From Saccharolobus solfataricus (GTDB lineage: Archaea > Thermoproteota > Thermoprotei_A > Sulfolobales > Sulfolobaceae): 32,000 nucleotides of DNA. The stretch spans positions 210,001 through 242,000 of the forward strand of contig NZ_LT549890.1 in NCBI RefSeq assembly GCF_900079115.1, given 5' to 3'. Shown here in pieces: positions 13,496 to 22,085 of this stretch. Position numbers and translations under genes: made by a program. Positions within the stretch are counted from its first letter, which is position 1; the number at the start of each line of letters is the position of its first letter. Below the pieces are notes generated by a model. The model was not told where the DNA came from, searched no databases, and saw only the letters and a list, made by a program, of their open reading frames with translations.

Positions 13496-13651
13496 CCCAC
13501 TTCGCTTTTAAATGGTATTTTGTGGACTTGTAGAATTTTCATTAAGAGTTAAGAGGCATTATAAACCTAAATTGGACATCTAATCAATAATTGAAAGTTA
13601 ATAGTAGATCAGTAAAAATCTTCAACAGATTAACTAAGCATATAAACGGGT

Positions 13652-13664
13652 AAAATTTTTAACC
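13652..13664 (+). promoter_or_regulatory. Candidate TATA box for tRNA-Ala
   Basis: AAAATTTTTAACC, centred about 33 nt upstream of the mature tRNA 5' end. Confidence 0.3.
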
Positions 13665-13690
13665 TATACTTGTCTTTATTTTTATTCGAG

Positions 13691-13764
<74 letters not shown>

Positions 13765-13768
13765 CTTT

Positions 13769-15100
13769 CTATAGATGATAATCAAGCTTATATAATGTTG
13801 ATCTATACATCTCTAGGAACTTTCTCTCCTCATAAAAACTTGGTTTATTGTTTTCTAGTTCTAAGAATATAGGCTTAGTAAGATGTCTGTAAGATCTAGT
13901 TTGGTACATTCCTAATGATAAGTTTCTCATTATATTTTTTGTACTCTTATTAGTTGTATTTATAATATATTTACACTTTTTACATCTATATCCCTTATTT
14001 TTTCCTAGAGAGTTTGTAGATCCGCCACATCTGGGACATTTGGGATTGACTAACTCTAAATCGTATAATTTTAATATTTCAAACCTCTCCAGCTCTATGA
14101 TCTTTCCATAAGCTATGGATGGTTTTACGGCTCCATAAGCTACTATTTCGTCACCCTTTTTTAATAATTTAGCTGCACTATTTAACTCCCCAGTTTCTTT
14201 ATACACAAATAATATGTCATTATCAGTAGTTTCAACTATTACATCTCCACCTTCAAGTATCCTTACATTTTTTACTTGTACAACTTTCTTAGTTTCCTGG
14301 TAGAAACGGTTACCGATTTTTTGGAAGTGAATATCAGTACTTTGATTGGTCTTAAAAATGGCAAAGAAATCAATATCCTCATTTGACTCTATTAGTTCCA
14401 TAGCCTTAATTAGATGTTGTATGGAGGCTCCTCTAATTCCATATAGGATTGGATCAGTTCCATGTGGAGTTATAAGGGGAGTGTCATTTATGTAATCGTA
14501 ATTTGCAAATGTTAACGGAAACGTTGATTCATCAACCCTCTTTACTGAATCTTTATTTATCATTCTCTTTTTGAGCCAATTTTCTTTTTTCCTGTAAGTA
14601 ATTAATTCATATGTGTAATCCCCACTCATTCCTAGCCCAGCAATACTTCCAATAATACCTCTATCTCCTCTAAGTTCTATATCGTTTTTCTCAGCGAATT
14701 TTTTCGCATAGTCAATAGGAATGATATCTGATATTCCCTTAATATAGAAATCGTATAATTTGTCGAATAAAGTGATATATTTATCATATTCCATAATTGC
14801 TATTCCAGGTTTTCTTCCATGCTCTAGTGCTAGTGAAACATCTTTAACGTATTCAATAGAATATGAAAAAATTATATCTGCTAGTTCTTTTTTTGTTCCA
14901 TTAAACTCAACAATAAGTTTTATGCTCGCATTGCCTCTTGTCTTCCAAGGTATATTGGGGTTTAATCTAACTAGGTAAGGTAAGTCTAATAAAATAGTAC
15001 TATGATTTTTATATAAATAGGAGGTTAGAATTACAGAAAAATGTGTAGTGCATCCAAACTTGTAGGAATCGTGGTCGTCAATCCCTATTACATATTTCAT
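13769..15100 (-). CDS. tiaS: tRNA(Ile2) 2-agmatinylcytidine synthetase TiaS
   Basis: N-terminal IGIDDHDSYKFGCTTH signature and a C-terminal zinc ribbon (CPRCGG...CKKCKY). Confidence 0.85.
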   Translation of the reverse strand: MKYVIGIDDHDSYKFGCTTHFSVILTSYLYKNHSTILLDLPYLVRLNPNIPWKTRGNASIKLIVEFNGTKKELADIIFSYSIEYVKDVSLALEHGRKPGIAIMEYDKYITLFDKLYDFYIKGISDIIPIDYAKKFAEKNDIELRGDRGIIGSIAGLGMSGDYTYELITYRKKENWLKKRMINKDSVKRVDESTFPLTFANYDYINDTPLITPHGTDPILYGIRGASIQHLIKAMELIESNEDIDFFAIFKTNQSTDIHFQKIGNRFYQETKKVVQVKNVRILEGGDVIVETTDNDILFVYKETGELNSAAKLLKKGDEIVAYGAVKPSIAYGKIIELERFEILKLYDLELVNPKCPRCGGSTNSLGKNKGYRCKKCKYIINTTNKSTKNIMRNLSLGMYQTRSYRHLTKPIFLELENNKPSFYEERKFLEMYRSTLYKLDYHL

Positions 15101-15348
15101 TTCTTTATTACACTTCTTCCCTCCATTATTATCATTGTTAATGTTGATCTTACTTTTGGTATCTTTCGAATAGAATTACTGATAAAATTCTTAAGTTTGT
15201 CCATATTTTCAGTTTCAACTTTTATTACAATATCATATACTCCATAAACTACATACGCTTCTACTACTTCATTCATGTTTTTTAGCTTTTCGAATACTTC
15301 TTCCTCTCCTCCAGCATCTGTATTTATAAGGACTATTGCACTAGCCAC
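15097..15348 (-). CDS. Stand-alone Lrp/AsnC ligand-binding (RAM) domain protein
   Basis: 83 aa with the pattern AYVVYGVYDIVIKVE. GTG start with TTTTATATA 21-29 nt upstream (leaderless-type). ATGA overlap with tiaS. Confidence 0.7.
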   Translation of the reverse strand: MASAIVLINTDAGGEEEVFEKLKNMNEVVEAYVVYGVYDIVIKVETENMDKLKNFISNSIRKIPKVRSTLTMIIMEGRSVIKK

Positions 15349-15697
15349 TTTTATCCACAGAGTTTTAATTTTATATAGCTATAAGAACTTTGCGACAATT
15401 AATGTACTTTCCATGATTGATTTTGTAAAGAAGAATATATAAAGGTATCCTGAAGTTAAATGATTTCCAAAACGATGTGGATGACGAGGAGTGTACAAAC
15501 ATTAGCTTTTAGAGAGATTATAATTAATATATTTTATCCTAAATATTAATTTTTCTCTTTTATAACGTTTCAAGATCTTATTGATAAGGCATAATACTTC
15601 ATATATTAAGATAATATTAATGTCCAGATCCATACATACTTTTATATTTAGATTAGTATATTTCAATACAGTCAAGTTTTCCCGTTATATATTAGTA

Positions 15698-16003
15698 GGG
15701 ATCCCTAGCATAACCCGGCTTCTGTACTGAGGGGATTCGACTAAGCGTACTATAAGGAGTCAACCCTTTGCTCATCCCCCTTCAACTTGCTCCCAAGAGG
15801 TCTACCGTTTCAAGCCCTAATACTTTCATCTATCATGTACTACTAGCAATTACTTGCTAGTAGGTCCAATCATCTATCTAGTATTAGGGCTTCGTTTCTG
15901 TGTAGTAGCCAGGGATTCTATCCCTACCCCTTACGGGGTTCTTGTAAGGGTTGGAGGCCGGAGTTTCCTCAGGGTTTGCCCCGTTACCCCCGCTAGGGAT
16001 CCC
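15698..16003 (-). ncRNA. rnpB: RNase P RNA (archaeal type A)
   Basis: The GC-rich island contrasts with AT-rich flanks. A 12-bp terminal P1 helix joins GGGATCCCTAGC and GCTAGGGATCCC. On the minus strand there are a CR-I-like GAGGAAACTCCGGCC, ACAGAAA, AGATGA, and a CR-V-like ACAGAAGCCGGGTTATG. Internal helices include AGCCCTAATACT/AGTATTAGGGCT and CTAGCAA-TTAC-TTGCTAG. Confidence 0.85.
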
Positions 16004-16024
16004 ATAAATAATGTTCTGTTATAT

Positions 16025-16033
16025 CTTTAAAAT
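16025..16033 (-). promoter_or_regulatory. TATA box for RNase P RNA, overlapping the Sec61-beta stop codon
   Basis: Minus strand TTTTAAAG, centred about 26 nt upstream of the RNA 5' end at 16003. Confidence 0.45.
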
Positions 16034-16194
16034 AGTTTTGTAATCACTATAACGATAATTGTTAATGCTAAACTTGCCCCTATTACGATTTTAGGACTTA
16101 TCTTCACCTTCTCGTTTTCCTCTTCGTAATATCTAATTAACCCTGCCATTGACATTACTGGCACAGTTTCTTTTTTCTTCTTTGAGGAAGGCAT
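16027..16194 (-). CDS. secG: Preprotein translocase subunit Sec61-beta (archaeal SecG), 55 aa; not in the ORF track
   Basis: Hand translation gives MPSSKKKKETVPVMSMAGLIRYYEEENEKVKISPKIVIGASLALTIIVIVITKLF. This is a basic N-terminus, the conserved AGLIRY box and a C-terminal TM anchor. Confidence 0.75.
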   Translation of the reverse strand: MPSSKKKKETVPVMSMAGLIRYYEEENEKVKISPKIVIGASLALTIIVIVITKLF

Positions 16195-16218
16195 TATAAA
16201 TCACTCCCTTTCTTTGTA

Positions 16219-16986
16219 TTATTTATTCTTTATTCCCCTTATTATTTTTATTGCCTTATTAACGTCGCTTTCAATTATATTTCCGGTTACAATTATATCT
16301 GCTCCAGCTTCGACTAATTTTAAAGCAACTTCTACGCTTCTTATTCCACCCCCTACTATTAGCGGAATACTGGAAGCATTTTTGATAAAAGATATCATTT
16401 CCGGCCTTATTGGTTCTGGGGCTCCAGATCCGGCCTCGAGATAAACGAAACTCATTCCTAAATATTCCGCAGCTAAAGTATAGGCAGTTGCCAACTCAAA
16501 ATTATCATAAGGTATTACTCTGGCCTTACCTATATGCGCTGCAGTACCTCCGTGTCCCACTATTACATAAGCAGTTGGTATTACCTCCATTTGTAACATT
16601 TTAATGATCGGAGCAGCGACTATTTGCGCCCCTATTATATAATAGATATCATCAGAGTTTAATAGTGACATAAATAACAATGCGTCCGCTTTCTCAGATA
16701 ATAGGTTTATATTGCTAGGGAATATAATCTTTGGTATTTCATAATCATCAAGTAAGGATATAACAAAATCTAATTTATCTTTAGAAACACCTAATGTACC
16801 TCCAATGAGAAATGCGTCAGTTCCAGCGTTGTATAAGTTCTTAGTAATATATTTAAGTTCATCACTAGAATTAATTTTAAAGGGATCTATGAGAGAAAAA
16901 TGTAACTTCTCATTATCATTCAACTTGTCTATGAGATATTTCTTCACTTTCCCCTTCAATTTCATTTTCTTCTTCAGTATTCTCAT
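16219..16986 (-). CDS. Geranylgeranylglyceryl phosphate synthase (PcrB/GGGPS family). The start is ambiguous: ATG 16986, ATG 16965 or TTG 16923.
   Basis: TIM-barrel pattern with [16 protein letters not shown] and GGGIRS motifs. Confidence 0.85.
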   Translation of the reverse strand: MRILKKKMKLKGKVKKYLIDKLNDNEKLHFSLIDPFKINSSDELKYITKNLYNAGTDAFLIGGTLGVSKDKLDFVISLLDDYEIPKIIFPSNINLLSEKADALLFMSLLNSDDIYYIIGAQIVAAPIIKMLQMEVIPTAYVIVGHGGTAAHIGKARVIPYDNFELATAYTLAAEYLGMSFVYLEAGSGAPEPIRPEMISFIKNASSIPLIVGGGIRSVEVALKLVEAGADIIVTGNIIESDVNKAIKIIRGIKNK

Positions 16987-17239
16987 TAGTCCTCTCTTTT
17001 ATTTGTAATCTTCCTTCCAGATACATGTCTATGAACTTCGAGTAAGCATTTGCTTCATCGAATACAGGAGGGACTTCAACTTCAGTATAAAGTCCACAAC
17101 TCCCGCATGTAATTGTTGCGATATTATCCTTTATCTTTACACTAACTGAAACCTTTCCACATCTAGGGCACTCAAAGGTTTTTGGTAACTTTGGCTTTAC
17201 CCTGATAATTTTAGTTCTCTTTCGTCTTTTTCCTCCCAT
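16916..17239 (-). CDS. elf1: Transcription elongation factor Elf1 homologue (C4 zinc ribbon, acidic tail)
   Basis: Basic N-terminus [13 protein letters not shown]...CGSCG zinc ribbon, DAYSKFID motif and a Glu-rich C-terminus. Confidence 0.75.
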   Translation of the reverse strand: MGGKRRKRTKIIRVKPKLPKTFECPRCGKVSVSVKIKDNIATITCGSCGLYTEVEVPPVFDEANAYSKFIDMYLEGRLQIKERTNENTEEENEIEGESEEISHRQVE

Positions 17240-17248
17240 ACTCGACCA

Positions 17249-17398
17249 CTATTTATTTTTACTTTTTCTCTTTTTCGTATAAATGTCTTTTGTAGTTGAA
17301 GGCTTTATTGGAAATTCCATTAGTATTATATAAATTATTATAAATGTCAATATCAAAATCCCGGATATAAATACTAACTGTATATCGTTCAAAGTCAA
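17249..17398 (-). CDS. Possible small membrane protein (47-49 aa, TTG start); not in the ORF track
   Basis: Hand translation gives (M)TLNDIQLVFISGILILTFIIIYIILMEFPIKPSTTKDIYTKKRKSKNK, one TM helix plus a basic tail. It is co-directional and fills the gap between the SWIM ORF and elf1. AT-rich sequence can produce such ORFs by chance. Confidence 0.25.
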   Translation of the reverse strand: MTLNDIQLVFISGILILTFIIIYIILMEFPIKPSTTKDIYTKKRKSKNK

Positions 17399-17754
17399 CT
17401 CTCCACTTTGTTCAATATTCTTCTTAGTTTTAAAGATTTTCCATAAGCGTATATCTCAGTCAGTATTTCTTTGAAATCATCTGCATATAATTCTATCTTT
17501 GTTATTTGATCCTTCTCTAATGCATATTTTAAACCTAAAACGTGATAGCAAAAATCATACTTGCCTCTTAGAACTACATTGAATATATAGAAGGAACAAC
17601 TACAGAAATTTAGGTTAAGAATGTAATCGTTATTACGTCCAATGTAAATAAATATTCTAAACAGCGCATCATTGAGAGTTAGACTTACAAATCTTCCCTC
17701 TTTAACTACTCTTCTAGCTTTCAATAGAAGCCTATTAGTTTGATTTGAAGACAC
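17395..17754 (-). CDS. SWIM-type zinc finger protein, function unknown
   Basis: CxCxnCxH signature in FCSCSFYIFNVVLRGKYDFCYHVLG. Confidence 0.5.
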   Translation of the reverse strand: MSSNQTNRLLLKARRVVKEGRFVSLTLNDALFRIFIYIGRNNDYILNLNFCSCSFYIFNVVLRGKYDFCYHVLGLKYALEKDQITKIELYADDFKEILTEIYAYGKSLKLRRILNKVES

Positions 17755-18265
17755 TTATAATTGTTTACCACATTTATGGGTTAATAATTTATCTGGTAAT
17801 AAGTTTCAGCTATTGTTAATGGTCTGTAAAAATGTTAATATCTGGTAGAATTTCTAATTTCGTTATTATATTGTGTTTGGTTACTCGTTACAAGTAAAAC
17901 TCTCGTAATATTATGTGTAAACTGCTTAAAGGATTATGTAATATCAAAGCTTGGTTAAATTACAAAATTAAGTATTTTTGTGATTACCTTTCAATTCTAG
18001 CATTTTTATGGTAGAATTTTACTAATTGTATAGCTTATAAACACGTCTCGGCAACTGCAATATGGAGCATAAAAATAACGGAAAGAGAAGACGCGTTATA
18101 AATATGGTGTAGCATTTATAGGAAAATCGTTACACTTTTACGTTACGTTAAAAATATATAATAAATCTTTCCTGGTTAGATGAAAAATGTTTATTGATAA
18201 GCTATAATATTAAGAAGTATAATGAAAGATATTTATAAATACATGGATAAATATTTTGACTTTTT

Positions 18266-18561
<296 letters not shown>

Positions 18562-18565
<4 letters not shown>

Positions 18566-19026
18566 ACTTTACCTTCTACTAGTTGTAAATACTTACATAA
18601 AAAGAAGGATGCTAGACTCACGGCTCCAAGATCTTGAGTATCTTCTAATATTCTTACATATTCGCCTAGAGATTGCTCAATTTTGTTAAAACCACCTCCT
18701 TCTAGCCCAGAAAATACTATCAAGATCTTATCATGTTTTATCATATCATTAAAGTCAATTTGTTTTTCAGCATTCTGTGAGACTAGGAGTGTAATTTCTG
18801 GTTTTAATAACTCTATAGCATCCTTTAGTTCTGGTAGAACCAAAATAGGCTTATTGTATTTAAATGCTAGTTTGTTTACTTCAGGGACTCCAGATTGGGC
18901 TGCTGTTCCGCCTACCTTTGTAAGAACGAGATACTTTACGTATTTTACATTAAAGGCTAATTTGGAAAAGTCTAAGAGTCTTTGATTACTAGTGAGATTA
19001 TGTAGGCCGAAATATAGTTCTTTCAT
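18562..19026 (-). CDS. Uncharacterised 154-aa protein, possibly an alpha/beta-knot (SPOUT/DUF531-like) fold
   Basis: The segment [13 protein letters not shown]...YVRI...[11 protein letters not shown] loosely resembles SPOUT motifs 2-3. Its start overlaps the C5-methyltransferase stop by 29 nt. Confidence 0.3.
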
Positions 19027-19975
19027 TTAAGATACCCAAAATCTCTTTAGCTATAGCAGTAGATAAGGCTACTGGAACAGATTCACCTACTTGATTATAT
19101 TGCTCATCTTTACTTCCTAAAAATACATGATCGTCAGGATAACTCATTAGTCTAGCTTGTTCTCTTACAGTTAAGAATCTATCATGGAATGGGTGTATAA
19201 ATCTGGAATTGCCCAAAATCGTAGGTGCTAGATCAAATGGAGAAAGTCTGATATATAATGGTATACTTCTTCCTTTACTCGCCCTATACATTGTTAAATA
19301 CTTACCATATCCAATTTTAGAAATTTTCAGAAGTTTTTTCTCATTAGGCTCACTTACTTCGTTATTAGGAACATCCAGCTTGTTATCTAAATCATGAATC
19401 GCGTCGTAAACTGTGATTCTTTTTTGATTTTTAATAGGTGATATTCTAACGTTTGAGATGAACACTCTACTTCGTTTAGATGGATTACCATAATCTTCAG
19501 CATGTAGTATATTGAAGAATATATTGCCATATCCAGCTTTCTTAAATTCATTGATCAGAGCATCTCTTAATGATTGAGTTTCTATAATTGCTGGAACATT
19601 TTCCATAACAAAAATTTTCGGTTTCACTTCGTCCACAATCCTTATGAATTCCAGTGTTAAATTCCCTCTTTGATCTAAATATAGTCTGTCTAAAGGATCT
19701 TGCATACGTAAGGGGTTAGCTGCAGTATATCCCTCACATGGAGGGCCTCCAATTACTACGTCTATATCATTCCCCACGTTTTTTAAGATTTCTCCTCCAC
19801 TTATTTCTCTTATATCATCTTCTATTACTATTGTATTTGGAAAATTTAATGAATATGTTCTAGTTGCTGCATGATTTATGTCTATTGCTAATTTAGGTTC
19901 TATTCCTAGTTTTTTAAAACCTAATGAAAATCCTCCAGCTCCAGAAAATAGATCAATGATTTTTATTAGCTCCAA
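18998..19975 (-). CDS. C5-cytosine methyltransferase (Dcm/Dnmt superfamily) with variant catalytic motifs
   Basis: Motif [14 protein letters not shown]. Motif [11 protein letters not shown], compared with the canonical PCQxFS. Motif VI FVMENVP. Motif [14 protein letters not shown]. Motif [20 protein letters not shown]. Motif X QVGESVPV. Confidence 0.85.
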   Translation of the reverse strand: MELIKIIDLFSGAGGFSLGFKKLGIEPKLAIDINHAATRTYSLNFPNTIVIEDDIREISGGEILKNVGNDIDVVIGGPPCEGYTAANPLRMQDPLDRLYLDQRGNLTLEFIRIVDEVKPKIFVMENVPAIIETQSLRDALINEFKKAGYGNIFFNILHAEDYGNPSKRSRVFISNVRISPIKNQKRITVYDAIHDLDNKLDVPNNEVSEPNEKKLLKISKIGYGKYLTMYRASKGRSIPLYIRLSPFDLAPTILGNSRFIHPFHDRFLTVREQARLMSYPDDHVFLGSKDEQYNQVGESVPVALSTAIAKEILGILNERTIFRPT

Positions 19976-20489
19976 GTTTTGTCTCCTTGTCTATTTCCTC
20001 CTCTATTTGTCTTATTTTTTGCTCTAAGAAGGACTTAATTTTATCCGTATCATAATAGGTTAGTTGCGATCCACATTTCAAGCATTTAAATTCATTTTCA
20101 AACGCTTCTTCAAATGAATATCTACTATTATCTTGAGGGCATATAAAGAACGTATTATTTTTCTCATATTCCAATCTTGTCTTTAATTTATCTAATATTA
20201 ATCTTTTCCTATTTAACAGTATTTCATTAATCTGGTCTATGTTAGGTTTCCAGTAGTAAATGAACCAACCACTATCTTTATCTCTTGTTTTCCTATAACT
20301 TACAAAACCTTGCTCCTCTAGTAAATTTAATTTCTTCCTTACATCATTAACTTTTATATTCAACTGATTCGCTATTTCTTCATCAGTCATTTCGGTTCCT
20401 TTATCTAATAATATTCTTAGAACATCAATTACATCATCCCCTAACAAACTTTTGGCTAGATTGATAAACAGATCCTCTGCGTTAACCAC
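19953..20489 (-). CDS. tfe: Transcription factor E alpha subunit (TFE-alpha)
   Basis: N-terminal winged helix ([32 protein letters not shown]) and zinc ribbon (CPQD...CLKCG). Confidence 0.85.
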   Translation of the reverse strand: MVNAEDLFINLAKSLLGDDVIDVLRILLDKGTEMTDEEIANQLNIKVNDVRKKLNLLEEQGFVSYRKTRDKDSGWFIYYWKPNIDQINEILLNRKRLILDKLKTRLEYEKNNTFFICPQDNSRYSFEEAFENEFKCLKCGSQLTYYDTDKIKSFLEQKIRQIEEEIDKETKLGANKNH

Positions 20490-21009
20490 TTCTTATCACC
20501 TTCTTACCGGCTTTCTGAGGTAATATCTTTATTTTTGCATCTTCAAATTCCATATATAGCTCTCGTCCTTTATAAATTCTGTCTAAAAAGATTGCCAGTG
20601 CAGCCACTTCAGAATGTGGTTGATTCCCTATTGCTATGTTATAATCTGCATTGTGGTAATACCAACCTTCAACTTTTTCTGCTCCTACAATTATTAGTAG
20701 TGGATATTTTATTTTTTCAAATCTATCTTGGAAATCGTTAATATTAATACCATACATAGTCAAATGTATTATTGTACCTCCTTTTTCTTTCCATTCATTT
20801 ACTATACTCTTTCCATTTTCAATTTCCTTTACTAAAAAATATGATGAACCACCCCAACTATCTATAACTTTTAAGATGGATTTCACCATTTTTTCATCTT
20901 TGCCTTCTATATAAACACCCTTAGCTCCAAAAGCTCTTGCTACTAAGATTACGTGTGTAGTCACTCTTTTATCTCTAGCTGGTCTATGTCCTAATCTTAA
21001 AACGTATAT
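20482..21009 (-). CDS. trm56: tRNA (cytidine56-2'-O)-methyltransferase aTrm56 (SPOUT). The start is uncertain; the ORF-track GTG at 20964 removes a conserved N-terminus.
   Basis: The in-frame stop-free extension encodes [20 protein letters not shown], matching the [21 protein letters not shown] start of Pyrococcus aTrm56 as I recall it. The body is [10 protein letters not shown]...[19 protein letters not shown]. Confidence 0.8.
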   Translation of the reverse strand: MYVLRLGHRPARDKRVTTHVILVARAFGAKGVYIEGKDEKMVKSILKVIDSWGGSSYFLVKEIENGKSIVNEWKEKGGTIIHLTMYGININDFQDRFEKIKYPLLIIVGAEKVEGWYYHNADYNIAIGNQPHSEVAALAIFLDRIYKGRELYMEFEDAKIKILPQKAGKKVIRSG

Positions 21010-21014
21010 ATCTT

Positions 21015-22085
21015 TTAACTCAACTGAGTTGCTAGCTGGTATATCTTATCCCTTAATAATTCAAGATTTGTTCTCTTTAAAGCTGATATAGGTATAACGT
21101 CGAATATTGGGGAGTATAATTCTTTGGACAGTTTCTCTACTAGATCAAGCTTTTTATATAAATCTCCATTGATTTTGTCAATTTTATTAAGGGTTACTAG
21201 TATAGGCTTACCAGAAACCCCTATTTCTCTTAAAATTTCGAAAGAGGATTGCAAAGTCTCGATTAAGAGATTTTCTGAGAATGTAGAATCTATTACAAGA
21301 ATTAACGCATCTGAGTATTTTGCTTCTGATAGAGTGACAAAGAAAGCGTCTACTATTTGTGGCGGAATTCCTCTAATAAACCCTACAGTATCGACTAGCA
21401 TAATCTTTCTATTATTTATGGGGATCGCATATCTTTTAGGAGACATTGTAGTAAATAATTTTGTATCCACTTTCTGTGTTAATCCAGTTAGTGAGTTAAA
21501 TAGTGATGTCTTTCCAGAGTTAGTATATCCTACGATTCCGATAGAAGGAATATTATTTCTCTTATTAGATTCTATGGATTTTTCTTTAAAAATCTTTATA
21601 CTTTCTAGTTCCTTCATTAGTTTATTGATTCTCCTTTTGTAAAATTTTATTGTAGATTCTACTCCATATGTTCCTGCTCCTAAGGGACCTTGTTGCTCGC
21701 CTATTTTTGATTTAGTATATGTTTCTTTTATTATCGGTAGTTCATACTTAAGCCTGGCCAGTTCTATTTGCATTTTTGCCTCTTTTGACCCTGCATGTAG
21801 TGCAAATATTTCTAAGAGAAGCAGTATTTTGTCTAAGACCTCTTTTCCTTTCAGTTCTCTTCTTATATTTATAAAGTGCCTAGGCTTAAGTTGTTCGAAT
21901 ATAATTAACGTGGAAATTTCCTCATCGTTCTTGATTTGTTGTAGCTTATCATATTGTATATAAAATTTCACATTAGGCGATTTTGGTAATTTATAAATAC
22001 TCGTTACCTTATAGTTAGCCCCCTCAACTAACGCTATTGCCTCTTCCTCAAACTCTTTAGATACAAAAAGAGCAGCTGTTTTCAC
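21015..22085 (-). CDS. hflX: GTPase HflX
   Basis: G1 GYTNSGKTSLFN, G3 DTVGF, G4 NKID and an HflX-type N-terminal domain. Confidence 0.9.
   Translation of the reverse strand: MKTAALFVSKEFEEEAIALVEGANYKVTSIYKLPKSPNVKFYIQYDKLQQIKNDEEISTLIIFEQLKPRHFINIRRELKGKEVLDKILLLLEIFALHAGSKEAKMQIELARLKYELPIIKETYTKSKIGEQQGPLGAGTYGVESTIKFYKRRINKLMKELESIKIFKEKSIESNKRNNIPSIGIVGYTNSGKTSLFNSLTGLTQKVDTKLFTTMSPKRYAIPINNRKIMLVDTVGFIRGIPPQIVDAFFVTLSEAKYSDALILVIDSTFSENLLIETLQSSFEILREIGVSGKPILVTLNKIDKINGDLYKKLDLVEKLSKELYSPIFDVIPISALKRTNLELLRDKIYQLATQLS

Larger units (their letters stand above)
13237..13690. other. oriC1-type chromosomal replication origin region
   Basis: A 454-bp non-coding region next to cdc6-1 with three ORB elements and an AT-rich spacer. 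Confidence 0.85.

Noticed and set aside
15410-15500. Possible C/D-box sRNA (ATGATTGA ... CTGA, and GGATGACG)
   Set aside because: The box sequences are degenerate. The spacing (about 30 nt between the C-like and D boxes) is too short for a C/D'/C'/D layout. No terminal stem or second box pair is present.
15698-16003. The GC-rich structured RNA as SRP (7S) RNA
   Set aside because: The size is similar, but the minus strand carries the RNase P universal elements (GAGGAAACUCCGG, ACAGAAA and ACAGAAGCCGGGUUA), not the SRP Alu or S-domain motifs.
21124-21642. 172-aa ORF antisense to hflX
   Set aside because: It lies entirely within the HflX gene, which has clear GTPase motifs. Its translation is low-complexity (Ser/Ile/Leu-rich) with no recognisable domain, a typical shadow ORF of an AT-rich gene.
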